A stretch of 64,000 nucleotides of DNA from Selaginella moellendorffii (lineage: Eukaryota; Plantae; Lycopodiophyta), in contig NW_003314261.1 in the NCBI RefSeq assembly GCF_000143415.4, positions 6,790,817 through 6,854,816 on the forward strand, read 5' to 3'. Below the pieces are notes generated by a model. The model was not told the DNA's origin. It was given only the letters and a program-made list of their open reading frames with translations, and ran no database searches. Positions 1 through 13,199 of this stretch are shown here, piece after piece; the stretch's first letter is position 1, and each line of letters begins with the position of its first letter. The translations under genes and the position numbers were made by a program.

Positions 1-574
1 GTCGATCACTTCCATCATTGCCTTGTTGCCCTCGACGTCTTCCATGCCTTTGCTGGAGAAACAAAAGAAGGACGAAATTCGTGACACCGCACAGACAGAG
101 AAACAGGAGAACTTACGAGGCTTGAAAGCGGCCAAGCTTCTCGTAAAACTGGCGCACAGACTTGGATCGCTGCGCCAATCCTTCCATCATATTTTGTAGC
201 TGCACTTCTGGAGGAGGCAAGCCAACGCTGTTCCACAAGAAAAAGAAAACGAAAACAATGAATTGGAACTTTGATCGTTGGATGACTTACTTCGATCGAG
301 CTTGCAAGATGTTATCCGAGAGCTCCTTGACAACCTTGGGATCATCAGGGTCGATGACAATCCGGAACTTTCTAAACTCCCTAGTCAAGTTGAACAAAAG
401 CTCCAGCTTCTCGATGAATTTCTCCTTGACAATATCTATGAGAGAAAACCGTAAGAAAGCGCGCAACAATTGCTCAAAATCACACCTTTTGGCTCCTCCT
501 CTGCCTGCTCGGCAAACGCTCGGCATGGCACGCCCTCGAATCCAGACCTCACCGGCTGCCGCATCCAAGATCAA
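1..574 (-). CDS. Spliced gene of unknown function, running off the window start
   Basis: Minus-strand ORF 287..574 is followed by a GTAAGT donor at 290, a CAG acceptor at 228-230, an exon ~227..117 and another donor at 116. No recognisable domain; start uncertain. Confidence 0.4.
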
Positions 575-738
575 TCAATCCAAAATGCAGGATCCCTGGG
601 CTTACCGGATGGAGCCGAGACGCAGCTCGGAGAATCCCTCCCCTCCACATCGCCATTCCTTCGCTACAAGTGCCCCGAAGAACCCTACAAACGAAAAAGC
701 CCTATATCCCCAAGCATCGTTTCGAGGTTCGATCCTGT

Positions 739-810
739 TTGACTAATTTTGACTCTACGGTCAAAATATGTGGACTTTTTAGGTCAAGGGAATGGTGACA
801 TTATAGTCAA
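739..810. promoter_or_regulatory. Cluster of five W-box cores (TTGACY/RGTCAA)
   Basis: TTGACT at 739 and 749, GGTCAA at 759 and 782, AGTCAA at 805; upstream of the minus-strand gene. Confidence 0.4.
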
Positions 811-1965
811 AGTCTTTTAGAAGTTTCAGATCTACACTCCAGGCGCCAAAAGATGTGGAAGCTTTTGTCGGGTAAATCCTTGTTGATAGGACGACCGGCA
901 GGGTACGAGAGCGATGAATTGATCGACACAAGAAAATGTGTGTGTGTTTGTGGTGAGAATGATAGAGTGGCTGATGTCAGGCAGTGAAAGTGGAGAACAC
1001 GTAAGTTAACTTTTTTCCAGGTTTTTTTTTAATTTTTTAATATTTAATTTTTTGAAAAGGTGGTAATTTTAAATTAATTTTTCATCCTTTCTGCGAGCTT
1101 CAATAATGGTACCAATAGTAATCCTTGTGTCTGATAGGCGCTTTTCCCTTGCCACTTTTCAGAGAATTTCCCAAAGTCCCACGCTTGACTGGCCCCTCCT
1201 CCTCTTTGACATGCTCCTCCTATTTTCTCTATGGCCAACTTTCGAAAATATGTTAGTTTGATGTTGCGTGTGTTAGCGCGGGTTCCATCGGGTATCGATC
1301 ACGCTTTGTGTGTGTATATAGCGACTTCGATCCGGTCAATAGAGGTCGTCTTGAAATTTTTGTCCAACGAAGTGAGTGACGTCTACGGACACATTACTGG
1401 CGCGAGTGAGATTGCGACTCGCTTGATTAACAGCGCAAAGCACTTTGAATTTCTATGCCATTCCGATCTAATCTCTTGGGCTGGATAGATTTGTAAAAAT
1501 CCAAAGTGATTTGATGAGACATATACAGATCTGGAGCTGTGACGTTGGTGTGAGAGTACGGAAAAGATTCCGGGGCTTTTAGACTTTAGGCTGAAGTTCA
1601 TCCAGCAAAAGGGAAGACAACGACCCCTGGAAAAATCTCTAGACAAAGATCAAAGTCATCCAACACTGAAAAGAGGGACAACTCAGTGGTCTTACACCTA
1701 ATTTAGATGATAATGGAAGCAATTTGGACAAAGATAGAACTCTTTCGCGTCAACCCGGCTTTGGCTCCATCAAAATCACCATCACGAGGTCGCTGTGATC
1801 ACAACGCTGTGAACAGCTGAAGCTTGAACCGATGAATTCCAGCCACCAATTCATCTTGCCAACAAGAAGGCTTGAATTTCTACAAATTCTTTGCAGTTTC
1901 GTTTTCAAAGTCGTGCTCCAAGTCTATAGGACGTGGCAGAAGTTTTGACACTCAGGGCAAGAGTA

Positions 1966-2750
1966 TCACATGTAAAAAGCCGGCCTGTGTCCACTTGGTG
2001 AGGGCCACCTCCTCTGCACGAGTTTCATGGCAGATTCCCTTGCTTGTTTCAGCAACCAAAAATTAGTTTTGCCAACTTTTATAAATTCAATATATATCTT
2101 AGACGGCACTAAGCAGTCGGAATAAAGTATGGTGCTCTGTAGGAGTGCATTCTCTATGTGAGGCGTGAGCACTGCCTTTGCTTCTTTGCACACCTCTTAT
2201 CTGTTCAGCTCGCCTTTTCTGTTTTCTTTGCTTTCCAGCTGCATGCCACTGGGAAATAAAAAAGGTGGCCACTGTAAACCATGAAGCGTCTAGAGTTGAG
2301 CACACAAATGTCCCTTTGGATCTGGCACTGCAGGTGATTGCCACAACATGGACCTGATTATGCTCGGGAAATTTGAGCTAGGCTCTGATATTTGCCAACT
2401 TTTGCCAGGACGAATGTTCGACTGTCATCTCTGCCACGTCTGTAGCCCATTGTCAAACCGCAAAGCCTCTTTGGGAGGTTTGACATGTGACCACCATTTT
2501 CGTCAAAGTGCTCCTTGGTAGCAGGCAGAGGTTCTTGCACGGACCCTCTTTTGACACCAAAAACGCCACCTTCCGTCCCTTGTGCATGTACAAAGAATAC
2601 CTTGTACAAGCAAAACCAATTCCGGCAGCAAATTGGATGGCCTCATCGACATCGCCCTTTCCCAATCCTCTTGGCCTGGGAGAGAATGTGTCCAGGTTCT
2701 GTGTGAGTGATAGGAAGTGACGTCTAATCTTCTGTTGAAATCGATCAGGA
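1966..2750 (-). pseudogene. Possible degraded coding remnant of unknown family
   Basis: Protein-like reading segments (LPDRFQQKIRRHFLSL...GKGDVDEAIQFAAGIGFAC..., EAKAVLTPHIENALLQSTIL...) broken by stops. No diagnostic motif. Confidence 0.2.
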
Positions 2751-3072
2751 AGTCATATCAAAGAAGTTGTATGTAGGTGTTGTTTTGATCTTGTGGTGCC
2801 CAGGGAGAATCTTAAGATAGGAGGAGACTTTGCCTTTGACCAACAAGTTGGCATGGTATTTGGCTAAACTCTAACCAGACAGTTTTCTTGAATCTAAAGC
2901 TTGGTCTAATGCAACTGGTGGTTTTGGTGATTTTGTTGTAATACTTAGCTGAAAGACTGTCTCCTCTTAGCAAGAGTAGCCCAAGTTGTTTGCATTGAGA
3001 GCTCTATACACAGCAGGACACAAAAGAAAATTCCAAGTTGCAGGAAAAGCCCAGATGGAGACCTTTTGTGAT

Positions 3073-3091
3073 CACACACACACACACACAC

Positions 3092-3122
<31 letters not shown>
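3073..3122. repeat. Palindromic (CA)11(TG)14 microsatellite
   Basis: CA run 3073-3094 directly abuts TG run 3095-3122 around a central CATG. Confidence 0.95.
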
Positions 3123-4219
3123 AGATGGAAGGAAGACAAATGCATCCATCAACACTTACACCATCTGCCCCAAGAAGGGGACATTCTTTTTGTGTTTGCC
3201 ACCAACTTTGAGCAAAGGGAAGGGGCTAGAAGAGTTTGTGTGCAGTGCAGCCAAATCTCCACAAATATTTGATGCCTGTTAAAAAGGGCAAGGGCATTCT
3301 CCTCGCCCCAGCATATGCCCAGCTCCACTCAACCTTGTGCCACCCCTGTGTGTTTTATTCTATCCAGTTTAAAAGCAAGACACTGATTATGAATTCAGTG
3401 ATGCAAACAGTGGTACAGTGAAAAATATCATTGGGTTTTATAGTCTAATTTTTGCTGTCAAGATCAATAGAGCAGTTTGGATCCAGATTCTGCAATCAGC
3501 TGGTGTTACAATCGAAAACAAACCTTCGATTCATGCGATTCCCACGAAAGCACAGCTTAAACAAGCGCGAGTGCTTGACACCGTTCACAAAATATGGGGA
3601 CCGAATATTACATGTCTCGCGCCCATTGAGCCAGCGCAGGCACAACGTTATAACTTATCTGTTGCCGCTGTTCATTATAGCTTAAAAATATAATATTTTT
3701 CGAAGTTCAGGAGGCAAAAATACTATTTTATTTTATTGCTGTGTATATTAAAGTATTAAAAATCGAGAATAAAAGGATGGTCCTTTTCCCGTACAAGTTC
3801 ATGCCTGCCTATAAATCCGCATCATGAAAATGGTGTGTGGATGTGTAGAGTGCAGAGAAGCCCCTTTTTTGCGAAACAACACTTCCATTGGAACCAATCT
3901 ACCCAAGCTTTCGTTCATTCCATCCAGGCTAGGCTCCCATTTTATTTTTTTCTAATCGCTTAGTTTGCTTCCTTTAAATTCGCCCTGGAAGAGAGCCATT
4001 TCGCCATACACCTGTTACAGTGTGGCGCTTTGAGAATAGCCCTATTTAAATTCTTTGTGTCGCTCAAACGCGGTGGGCTTGATCGATGCGCGACGCTTCT
4101 TCGGCCGCAAGCGAGCGATTTCTATGATTCTGTGATCCGGGGCCACACCGCCATCGAGAGCGCATGATTGATGGCATCGAGTGTGTGAACTCCGCGGCTT
4201 GCCAAATATTTCGGTGTCC

Positions 4220-7200
4220 ATGGCCCCAATTCCAGCGACGCCGGGCGAGGCATCGCGATTCCCAGGGCGAGCTCGCAATGTCGGATGCGGCAGGGAATGC
4301 ATGGCGAGGATTTCTTGCCCCGGGCGGCGCCATGCATCCGGCGGCGCCGATCGCGCAGGGAATTCCAAGAAATCCGAGGAGGAGCCGGGCGGGGCCGGCG
4401 ATAGAGAGGTCGTCTCCTACTGGCAGCTCCTCAGCTACGCGGATCGCTACGATGTGGTGCTGATGCTCGTTGGATCGGTGGCGGCGATGGTGAGCGGCTT
4501 GATCTTCCCGGCGATTCTGGTCGTCCAGAGCCACCTTATCAACAATTTCGGGAGCCTCCAGAATCGTCCCGTGGAGCTGGCGAGGAGAGTATCTGAGGTA
4601 AGATCAAATCGATCGATCCTCATGCGCTCCCTGGATTCTTTATTTCTTTTCAATGCTTTCTTTCCTTCCGGCTTTTCCTCTTTTTGATTGAGATTGTGTG
4701 AAAATCTAGCTTGTTTGTGAAGAAAGCTCCTTTCTTCGCTAATGCTGGTCTGGCTTTAGATCAGCGAGCCCAAGCAAGACTCTCGAGTGTGTGTAAGCGG
4801 GGAATGCTCCTCCTGGCTGGCACCAACAAATGCCTGCTCTGGGCATTTAAATTGGCATGGCAGAGATTAGAGTATGGTTTTCTTTTCTCGATCTTCATTT
4901 TCTTTTTTGTTCTTCATTTGTTTCTTCGTGCTTGCTCTGGATTGATAGCGGAGTTAGGTGTGAGGGCGGTGGCGTGCCACCAAAAACTTGGCCGAGCACG
5001 CAATCACACAAGTGACACCAGGCAGCTCCGTTGTGGGTCGAATGCCTTGTGCGAATTCGTGCAAAATGTTCAATGTTTTCATACTTAGGCCGAACGTTTT
5101 TTTTATCATTCGCCCCTAACACCCAAGTTTTCCAGGATGCGACATTCTTGGTATACACTGCGGCTGTTGCTTTGGTGGCCTCGTACCTCGGTGAGACTTT
5201 CCCTTCCTTCGTTGTAAGGTTCCGTTTTAAAATTGTGGTGCTGATGAACTTTGTCTGGTGGCATCCTACAGAAGTAAGCTGTTGGATGAAGACTGGAGAA
5301 CGGCAAGTGGCAAGAATCCGTGCAGACTACTTGCGTGCGATTCTCAGGCAAAATGTGGGGTATTTTGACAGCGACATGTCCACAGCTGAGGTTGTTGGAA
5401 ATGTTTCAGTGGACACACTTCTCGTACAAGAAGCGATTAGCGAGAAGGTGAAACCCTTTCCGATATTGCTTACATTTATCTAAAAAAAATCTTGTTACGC
5501 TTGCAGGTTGGGAACTTTATCGAAAACTTATCCCACTTCGTGGGTGGATACTTCGTCGGAGTCACACAGATATGGAGGCTAGCACTTGTGATGCTGCCGT
5601 TTTTCCCGCTGTTGATAATTCCAGGCTCACTGTACAGCAAGGCTCTGTCCGAGTTTGCGATTCGTAGGCAGAGCGCATACAAAGAAGCAGGAACAATTGC
5701 TGAACAAGGACTGTCGTCGGTCCGAACGGTCTACTCATTCGTGGCAGAGAAGAAGACGACAGAGAAGTATTCGGCAGCCCTGGATGGAACAGTGAAGCTT
5801 GGACTCAAACAAGGACTTGCCAAAGGACTTGCCATGGGTTCCAGTGGCATCAACTTCGCCCTGTGGGCCTTCATGGCGTGGTATGGCAGCGAGCTTGTGA
5901 CGCAACACCGTGCAAATGGTGGTCAAGTTTTGACAACAGGATTTGCGGTGCTTTCTGGTGGCATGTAAGTTTTTTTAAAATATTTTGTTTCTGTCTTGGT
6001 GATCTCATAGCGTTTTCCAGAGCTTTGGGAAATGCTACGCCAAACATGAAAGCTTTTGCAGAAGGACGTGTAGCTGGCACCAGAATTTTCAAAATGATTC
6101 AACGCGTTCCCCCTATCGACACAAATGATTCGAGTGGGAAAACGCTTAGCAAAGTTGAAGGTAACTTGGACCTCAAAGAGGTTGAGTTCGCATATCCTTC
6201 GAGACCGGGAGCTCTGGTTTTGAAATCTTTCACTCTTCACGTTCCAGCCAGTACGTTCTCCTTTCCAGAGCATAAGTTTGGCGTACTTACGCATATATTT
6301 TGCCTTCAGAAAAGACAGTCGCGTTGGTTGGGAGCAGTGGATCTGGAAAGTCCACCATCATTTCTCTGATAGAAAGGTTCTATGATCCTGTTGCTGGTCA
6401 AGTTATGCTTGACAACGTGGACATTCGAGAATTGCATCTTATGTGGTTGCGAAGGCAGATGGGACTGGTGAACCAAGAGCCGGGATTATTTGCAACTTCG
6501 ATACGGGAGAACATTTTGTATGGGAAAGAAGACGCGAGCATGGAAGAGATTACTCACGCAGCAAAACTTGCCAACGCGCACGACTTCATACAGAGAATGC
6601 CGAGAGGCTACGACACACAAGTAAGCTCACTTAATCCAAATTTTGTCTTACTATAATTATTTCAGGTTGGAGAACGTGGTGTTCAGCTTTCTGGTGGACA
6701 AAAGCAAAGAATTGCCATAGCACGAGCATTGATTCGAAATCCGCCAATTCTTTTGCTGGATGAAGCGACTAGTGCTCTAGACAGTCTCTCGGAGCAAGCA
6801 GTTCAGCAAGCACTAGAGAGGGCACGTATGGAGCGGACAACAGTCATAGTGGCTCACAGGTTATCGACAGTTCAAGAAGCTGATCTGATTGTAGTTATGG
6901 ATTCTGGTATAGCGGTCGAATCAGGCAGTCACGAAGAGCTTGTAGCTGAGAAGACGGGGGTGTACGCTTCTCTACTCATGAAGCAAGCAAACAGCTCCGG
7001 GCATTATGAAATCGATCCCGCAACAGAACAAGTCATGAAAGTCTCATCGGCGACTGAAGGGGATCTCGTCGACGTGGAACTTTCAGCAACCGGTGAGAAG
7101 GATATTAACAGGTACACAAGACTTCCATCAAGAACCATCAGGAAGGTGAAGAGCAAGCCAAAAGTTAAGAAGCCGTCGGTTGCTAGACTTCTGGCACTAA

Positions 7201-9417
7201 ACAAGCCCGAGTGGAAGCAAGGCCTTCTGGGACTCTGGGGTGCAGTGTCTTTTGGATTCGTCCATCCGTTTTACGCATTTCTTCTTGGTAGCATGGTCGC
7301 AAGCTACTACACGACTGACGTAGAGAAGCTTCACCAAACAGTTCGAATTCACGTCTACGCCTTCCTCGGTCTGGGAGTTGCTTCGTTCATTGTGAACATT
7401 GTGCAACATTGCAGCTTTGCGGCACTTGGCGAGAGCTTGACAAAGAGGGTACGTGAGAAGTTGCTGGCTTCAATGCTCAGTTTTGAAGTCGGCTGGTTCG
7501 ATAGAGAAGAAAACTCAACTGGTGCTTTGTGCTCCAGACTAGCTTCGGATGCAAGCATGGTGAGTTCTTTTGTACGTTTCTCCTATTTGTTTCTCACCCT
7601 CCTTTACCATGTTGCAGGTTCGTGGACTTGTTGGTGATCGTATTTCTCTACTCGTCCAGACAGCAAGCGCAACGTCAGTGAGCTTTATCGTTGGGCTTAT
7701 AACTTCGTGGAAGCTGGCCATGGTGATAATAGCGATACAACCACTCATTATCCTCTGCTACTACGTCAAAAATGTATGTCTGCGAGGATTTGCTCAGAAT
7801 ACTGCGGCAGCTCAGAGGGAAGCCAGCAAAATTGCAAGCGAGGCAGTATCACATCATCGGACAGTCACAGCATTCTCGTCACAGGAGCGGGTTCTGGCGT
7901 TTTTTAAGTCGAAGCTCGAAGTTCCGATTCGAGAGACCATGAAGCGGTCACATATTGCGGGGTTTAGCCTGGGAGTAGCTCAGTTTATTCTCTACGCATC
8001 GTGGGGGCTGGATTTTTGGTATGGGGGCCTGCTGGTGAAGCACGGGGAGAGCACGTTTGGTGCGGTTTTGAAGACGATTTTCATATTGGTGAGCACGGGA
8101 CGAGTTTTAGCCGAAGCGGGAACTCTCAGTCCTGATCTTGCCAAGGGGGTCTCAGCGGTGAAGTCAGTGTTTGAGATTTTGGACAGGAAGACAGAGATAG
8201 ATGCAGAGAAGGACTCTGCCAAGTGTGTGCCGGTTCTCAAAGGTGACGTCGAGTTCTACGACGTCTACTTCGCGTACCCATCGAGGCCGGACTTGCTCGT
8301 GCTGAAAAACTTCAGGCTGCGAGTAAATGCTGGCCAGATGGTAGCACTGGTTGGCGAAAGCGGCTGCGGGAAGTCCTCTGCCATCGGACTGATCGAGAGG
8401 TTTTACGATCCGATTGGTGGGAAGGTTACCATCGATGGCAGGGACATCCGGGGATTGAGTCTAAAGTGGCTGAGAAGACAGATTGCTCTCGTGAGCCAGG
8501 AGCCGACGCTGTTTGCCACAAGTATCTGGGAGAACATCGCTTACGGGACCGAGAACGCGAGTGATGCGGAAGTGGTGGAGGCAGCACGAGCAGCAAACGC
8601 TCACAGCTTCATCAGGTAAACTTTCAACACTTCTAGCAACTATATTCTTCATGTCTGTTTTCGTGTATTCGTGTTCTTCAGCTAGTGCTAGACTTTTCCT
8701 TGCTTTTGATGTTGCTTGTGTGCTTCTCTTGTTTTGTTTTCGTTTTCATGACTTCCATTCTTTCATATATTTTCACGACATGCTCATGTTTGTTCTCGTG
8801 TCTTCGTGTTCTTCACCTAGTGCTAGACTTTTCCGTGCTTTCTTTCTCATGCGCGATTCTCTTGTTTTCGTGGGATTTGCTTTCGTTTTCGTGACTTTCG
8901 TTCTTTTTCGTCATTTACTTGGCACTGATAGAATCGACTTTGCAGCGCTTTGCCGGATGGCTACTCGACGTTCGCGGGCGAGAAAGGTCTCCAGCTCTCC
9001 GGCGGGCAAAAGCAACGCATCGCAATCGCGCGGGCCATCCTCAAGAACCCGGCGATCCTCCTGCTGGACGAGGCAACGAGCGCTCTCGACGCCGAGTCGG
9101 AGGAGATCGTCCAGCAGGCGCTAGAGACGATAATGGCCAGCCGGACGACGATCGTGGTGGCTCACAGGCTATCCACGATCCAAAATGCCGACTCCATAGC
9201 CGTGGTCCAGGACGGGAGCGTTGTGGAGCAAGGCTCTCACGAGGATCTCCTCCAATGGCAAGGTATGGGGGAGGAAGGAGAAGACGAGAACGAAGAAGCC
9301 ACCATGGCCGCTACTAACACCATAGCCAAGAAGAGGAAGACGAACAAGGGAGTCTACTTCTCATTGATTCACAGGCAATACTTCGCTGGTCGCGCCTCTT
9401 TACAAAAAGATTCGTAG
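4220..9417 (+). CDS. ABCB: Full-size ABCB (MDR/P-glycoprotein) transporter, 9 exons
   Basis: TMD-NBD-TMD-NBD layout; Walker [10 protein letters not shown] and GESGCGKSS; LSGGQKQR twice; [11 protein letters not shown] twice. Exons ~4220-4597, 5136-5190, 5272-5447, 5507-5964, 6021-6250, 6310-6620, 6666-7559, 7618-8615, 8946-9417. Start may be ATG 4220 or 4301. Confidence 0.95.
8650..8900. repeat. Imperfect ~135-bp tandem duplication in the last ABCB intron
   Basis: CATGT..TT.TCGTGT.TTCGTGTTCTTCA.CTAGTGCTAGACTTTTCC occurs at 8650 and 8785. Confidence 0.75.
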
Positions 9418-9645
9418 AATAATTTCTTGTTAGATTGTGAAGAGCCCTAAAAACAGAGTAGGGTGAATCTTCGTTAAATATTAAGAGCCCTTTTGTTTCA
9501 AATGTCGCGCCCAAGAAGTGGAGGGAGCTAGGGTTTGCAGAGCGCAATGCGAGGGCGGGATCGATGCGGTGAGTCGACTATGGGCGATTCTAAGCTGGAT
9601 TGAGTAGCGGCAGCTTAGATCTCCAGGATTTGTGAGTCGCGGGCG

Positions 9646-11047
9646 ATGGATTTTGAGCCTCCCTCGTTTTCTCTGGGCTTAGATGAGACGCAGGTGCCGT
9701 CTTTCTCGTTGGGGCTGGACGATTTTTTTTCTGCCACTCCAGCGGCGGGCGTGAGTGGAAGGAGGGATGATGCGAATGGGGGTAGCGCTAGAGCAGGTGC
9801 TAGGTCGTCATTTGCTACAAATGAGAGTTCTTTCCTGGCCGATGACGATGGTGGTGTTGATCTTGTCGAAGCCACTCCAAAGAGAAGTTTGAAGCGTCTT
9901 CGTCGCGGACCATCAAAGAGCGTTTTTGAGGAGAAGACGTGCTCACCGTCGACGAGAAGTGTTGTTACCGATACAAGTTGTGCTGACGAGATTGAGGAGT
10001 TTTCTTCCGAAGAGGAACAGCCAAATAGTAAGTTTCTTTCTCTACGGATTTCTTTCTTATTTGATTTTCTCTTTCTTTTTTTTTGGTAGGATCTCACTCC
10101 CAGTCGTATAATCCCAGATCGTTCTCTGCGCTCAAGCCCGTCAGAACACCTCCAGTATATGAAAGAAGAGAAGCAAACGAGGAAATTCTACCTTCGACTT
10201 TGCATTCCCGAGTAACAAGTAAGAAAACCAGCCTTGGTTCCAAGGAGGTAAAGTTCCAAGGGATAGAGAATACGTACGCCAGTCCGCCATCGACATTTTC
10301 CACTGCTGGCGTCGACTGGTTGTTAGCTGGAAAGGCAAGCTCAAGCTCGGGAACCGAAAAAGCAAAGACTCCCTTATACGAGTTCCGAGACAACACGATC
10401 TGTATAGACCTTGATGAAGAGTACGAAGAACAACCAGTCAGCTCCTTTCCGTCCACGGACATGCAGATCGCTCAACTCAGACGCGAGAGATTTCCTCACT
10501 TTTTATCTGTTGATGATCTCGAACAAGGCAACAGCGGAGAGCCTGTATATATCGACTACAGGTACGGGTTTTTTCTTCGATGAAGCTGATCGTACACTGA
10601 AAATAATTGCAGAGGGCAATTTGGAAGAAACAGTGCAAGAGCCAAGTTCTCGGGCCCGGCTGGTTCTAAGGATTTCGACGCTGTTCAAACACAGCCGCAA
10701 GCAAGGAGCAAGACTACTCGAGGCAATAAGCGGAAGAATGGAAACTCCAATGCGCGGGTCCTTCAAGAAAATGTCAGCACAGGAACGAAAGGATATTGGT
10801 TAACATCGGGTGGTAGCAAGGTACTTTTTGTTCTCTTTGTTTTGGTACTGTTATGATAATTGGCAAAATCTCAGGTGTATGTCACGGCCGAAGGACAACG
10901 TTTGATGGGTAAAGAAGGCTACAAACGCTACATGAAGGTATTGGTTGTTTTGATTTGTTTGCATCCCAACGTTTTTGTTATCAGGAGAATGGAAAATCTG
11001 GCAAGCCTAGAAGAAAGGCTGGTAGAAAGTCAAGGAAGAAAAACTAA
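9646..11047 (+). CDS. Conserved uncharacterised plant protein (N-terminal PPSFSLGLD motif, basic C-terminus)
   Basis: MDFEPPSFSLGLD start, central VYIDY motif, C-terminal GYWLT...VYVTAEGQRLMGKEGYKRYMKENGKSGKPRRKAGRKSRKKN. Five exons with GT-AG introns; TAA at 11045-11047. Confidence 0.7.
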
Positions 11048-11181
11048 GATTAATGTGAGTAAGATTTGTAAGTTGCCTACTCTGGTGAGTCTTTTGTGAT
11101 TCCTAGATCGAAGACTCATTGTGTTTTAGCGTGTTTCGAGGTGGCTACCCGAGCTGCTGACTGTTCACAGCCACTTCCTTA

Positions 11182-12944
11182 TTGAAGTACTTGGAGAGTA
11201 TGAAGGATGCATCCGAGGAGGATTTAGACGAACTGGACGAGATTGACAAAGATACAGAAATCGTGGGTTTCTTCAGGCTCATGGTTTCCTACGGACGAAA
11301 GCGGAAAAGGGAGAGTTTGGAAGCCCCTGATGAGCTTCGTGCCCGCGTGAAATTGATGGAATCGTTCAAGCCCACACTTGGTAAGCTTGTGACTTGTCAT
11401 TATAACTTATAAAGATGTATGGCTTTGTAGATGATCTTTCTTCTCAGAACGCGCTCTACCTCAAGGAAGCGACTATGGAACCGCTGTGGGTTGGATACCG
11501 CTGGAACCGCTGTGGGTTGGATACCGTAGGTCCTCTGGAAGGTTTCTGGAATCGGTTTGTCTCGGACGCGGAACCCGATCCTTCAGGCTATTGAAAACCT
11601 CGGGCTGGAGGTGTTCGTGGTTGACGAGGAACAGGACTGGATACAGTTCAGAAGTAATACGAGACTTTCATGCGCGTGATGGCGGAGGTCATGGCGATCG
11701 TCTAGGACATGGGGAAGGAGGTGACTTACAGCATTGCTCAACGGCAGTGCCACATCCTTGTGAGCGGTTCTCCAAGGATGCCTGCACGAGGCAAGTTCGT
11801 GACTGCTCACAAGCTAGCAGAAGCACGGGGAGAGCTGGTCCGCTTTTTCGAATCAGTGTTTCCTGGCGAAATACGAAGCTCAGAAGCTCGCACTGGGCTA
11901 CAACCCAGATCCGCCGGATATCAGCAACACTGTCAGGGGCTTTGCCTTCACCGGGCGGGAGGTTGAGGCTGTCACAGTGGCTCACTCGGTTCTTGACATC
12001 CCGAAGGGTGTTATTTTCCAGCGACAGTGCCTGATCAAGGACGGGCAACCGGTTGACCGCTTAAGTACTACCCGGTTGACGCGTGGGGAGAGGGCATGAA
12101 GAGCATCGTGTGGCACTGCGCTAACGAGGCGTACGAGGACTTCCAACTTCAAGCGAGAGCTGAGGAGCAGCGTATGCGTCTGTGGCGCGGAGGACAGCAA
12201 CTCAAAGTGAGAGCCACTGGCGGATACAGGATTGGTGGCGAAAGTTTGGAGCTGGCGGTCCGCGCGAATGCAGCAGCGGCAGTCGAGGCAGTGACGGTGA
12301 ACCGGGTCGCTCATGCCTCGGCTATGTCAACTGTGGTCTCGGTGACGGTGAATGGCGAGCAGTGGTGGCTGGAGCTGGGGCCAAACAGGGACGAGAGGCA
12401 AGCGGAGATGGCGCTCATGCCATCAAAGAAGTGTGCCTGGGAGCTTTGGTTCCAGGTTGAGCGTGACATGTTCTCTCATTCCCTGCAAGACCTGGTAGCC
12501 TTTCCGGTGGAGGTGGAGGGAATCGGGAGACCAGCTATCGACTGGGAACTGGCCTGCGGGCCGGGGCTGGATCCTCTCGCGGACGCTGTAGCGAAGGCCT
12601 GGCCGTGTGCTTTCGTCAAAGTCTCGCTTCCGCTGACAACAGATTGGACCCTGTCGCCGGACTGTGCACGGTTCTTTGTGGAACCTCAGGACTTGAAAGA
12701 CTGCGTACAGGGACTACTATACTGCTGCTTGATGCTGCTCAATCCGTGGAAGGAAGCGGCGGCTTCCAGAAACGTCTACCAAGTTCTTTGTGCCCGGTAT
12801 GAAACGATGCGCAAGATGGCCGAAGATGAGGGCTTCATCAAGCGGCTTGTTGATACCTCCACCATGAAGATTGGCGCTCTAAAAGTCAATGACAGTAATA
12901 TAGTCAATGCGAGTCAATGCATTGAGTTTATTGACTGCCTTTGA
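11182..12944 (+). pseudogene. Degenerate putative Crinkler-type nuclease+kinase gene, copy 1
   Basis: Frameshifted paralogue of 13200-14757, sharing a small intron after KPTL. It carries a 26-bp tandem duplication at 11476-11526 and lacks the kinase catalytic-loop segment (reads GRPA|IDWELAC). Confidence 0.55.
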
Positions 12945-13199
12945 GTGTTTGTTGAGCCTGAAAGCTTGACGTTAACTTTGAGGTTCAGTAAGTGCTCCAG
13001 CTTGTCCTCTGTGGCGTTGCCACCATCAATGGAAACACAGCAGCAGCAATAGCGTCGGCGTGCTCCCGTCCTGGCTCGTATGTATGTATTAACTACAGGT
13101 AATTCTTCTTTGATGAATAACAGCAGAGGGCAAGGACCTTGCAATAAGTGCAAGGTGAAAAAACTCCACACTAACTCTTGTAAGAAAACGCTATAAATG

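Noticed and set aside
12096-12944. 282-aa ORF as a standalone functional gene
   Set aside because: It is an internal piece of a frameshifted paralogue and lacks the kinase-loop segment retained in copy 2.
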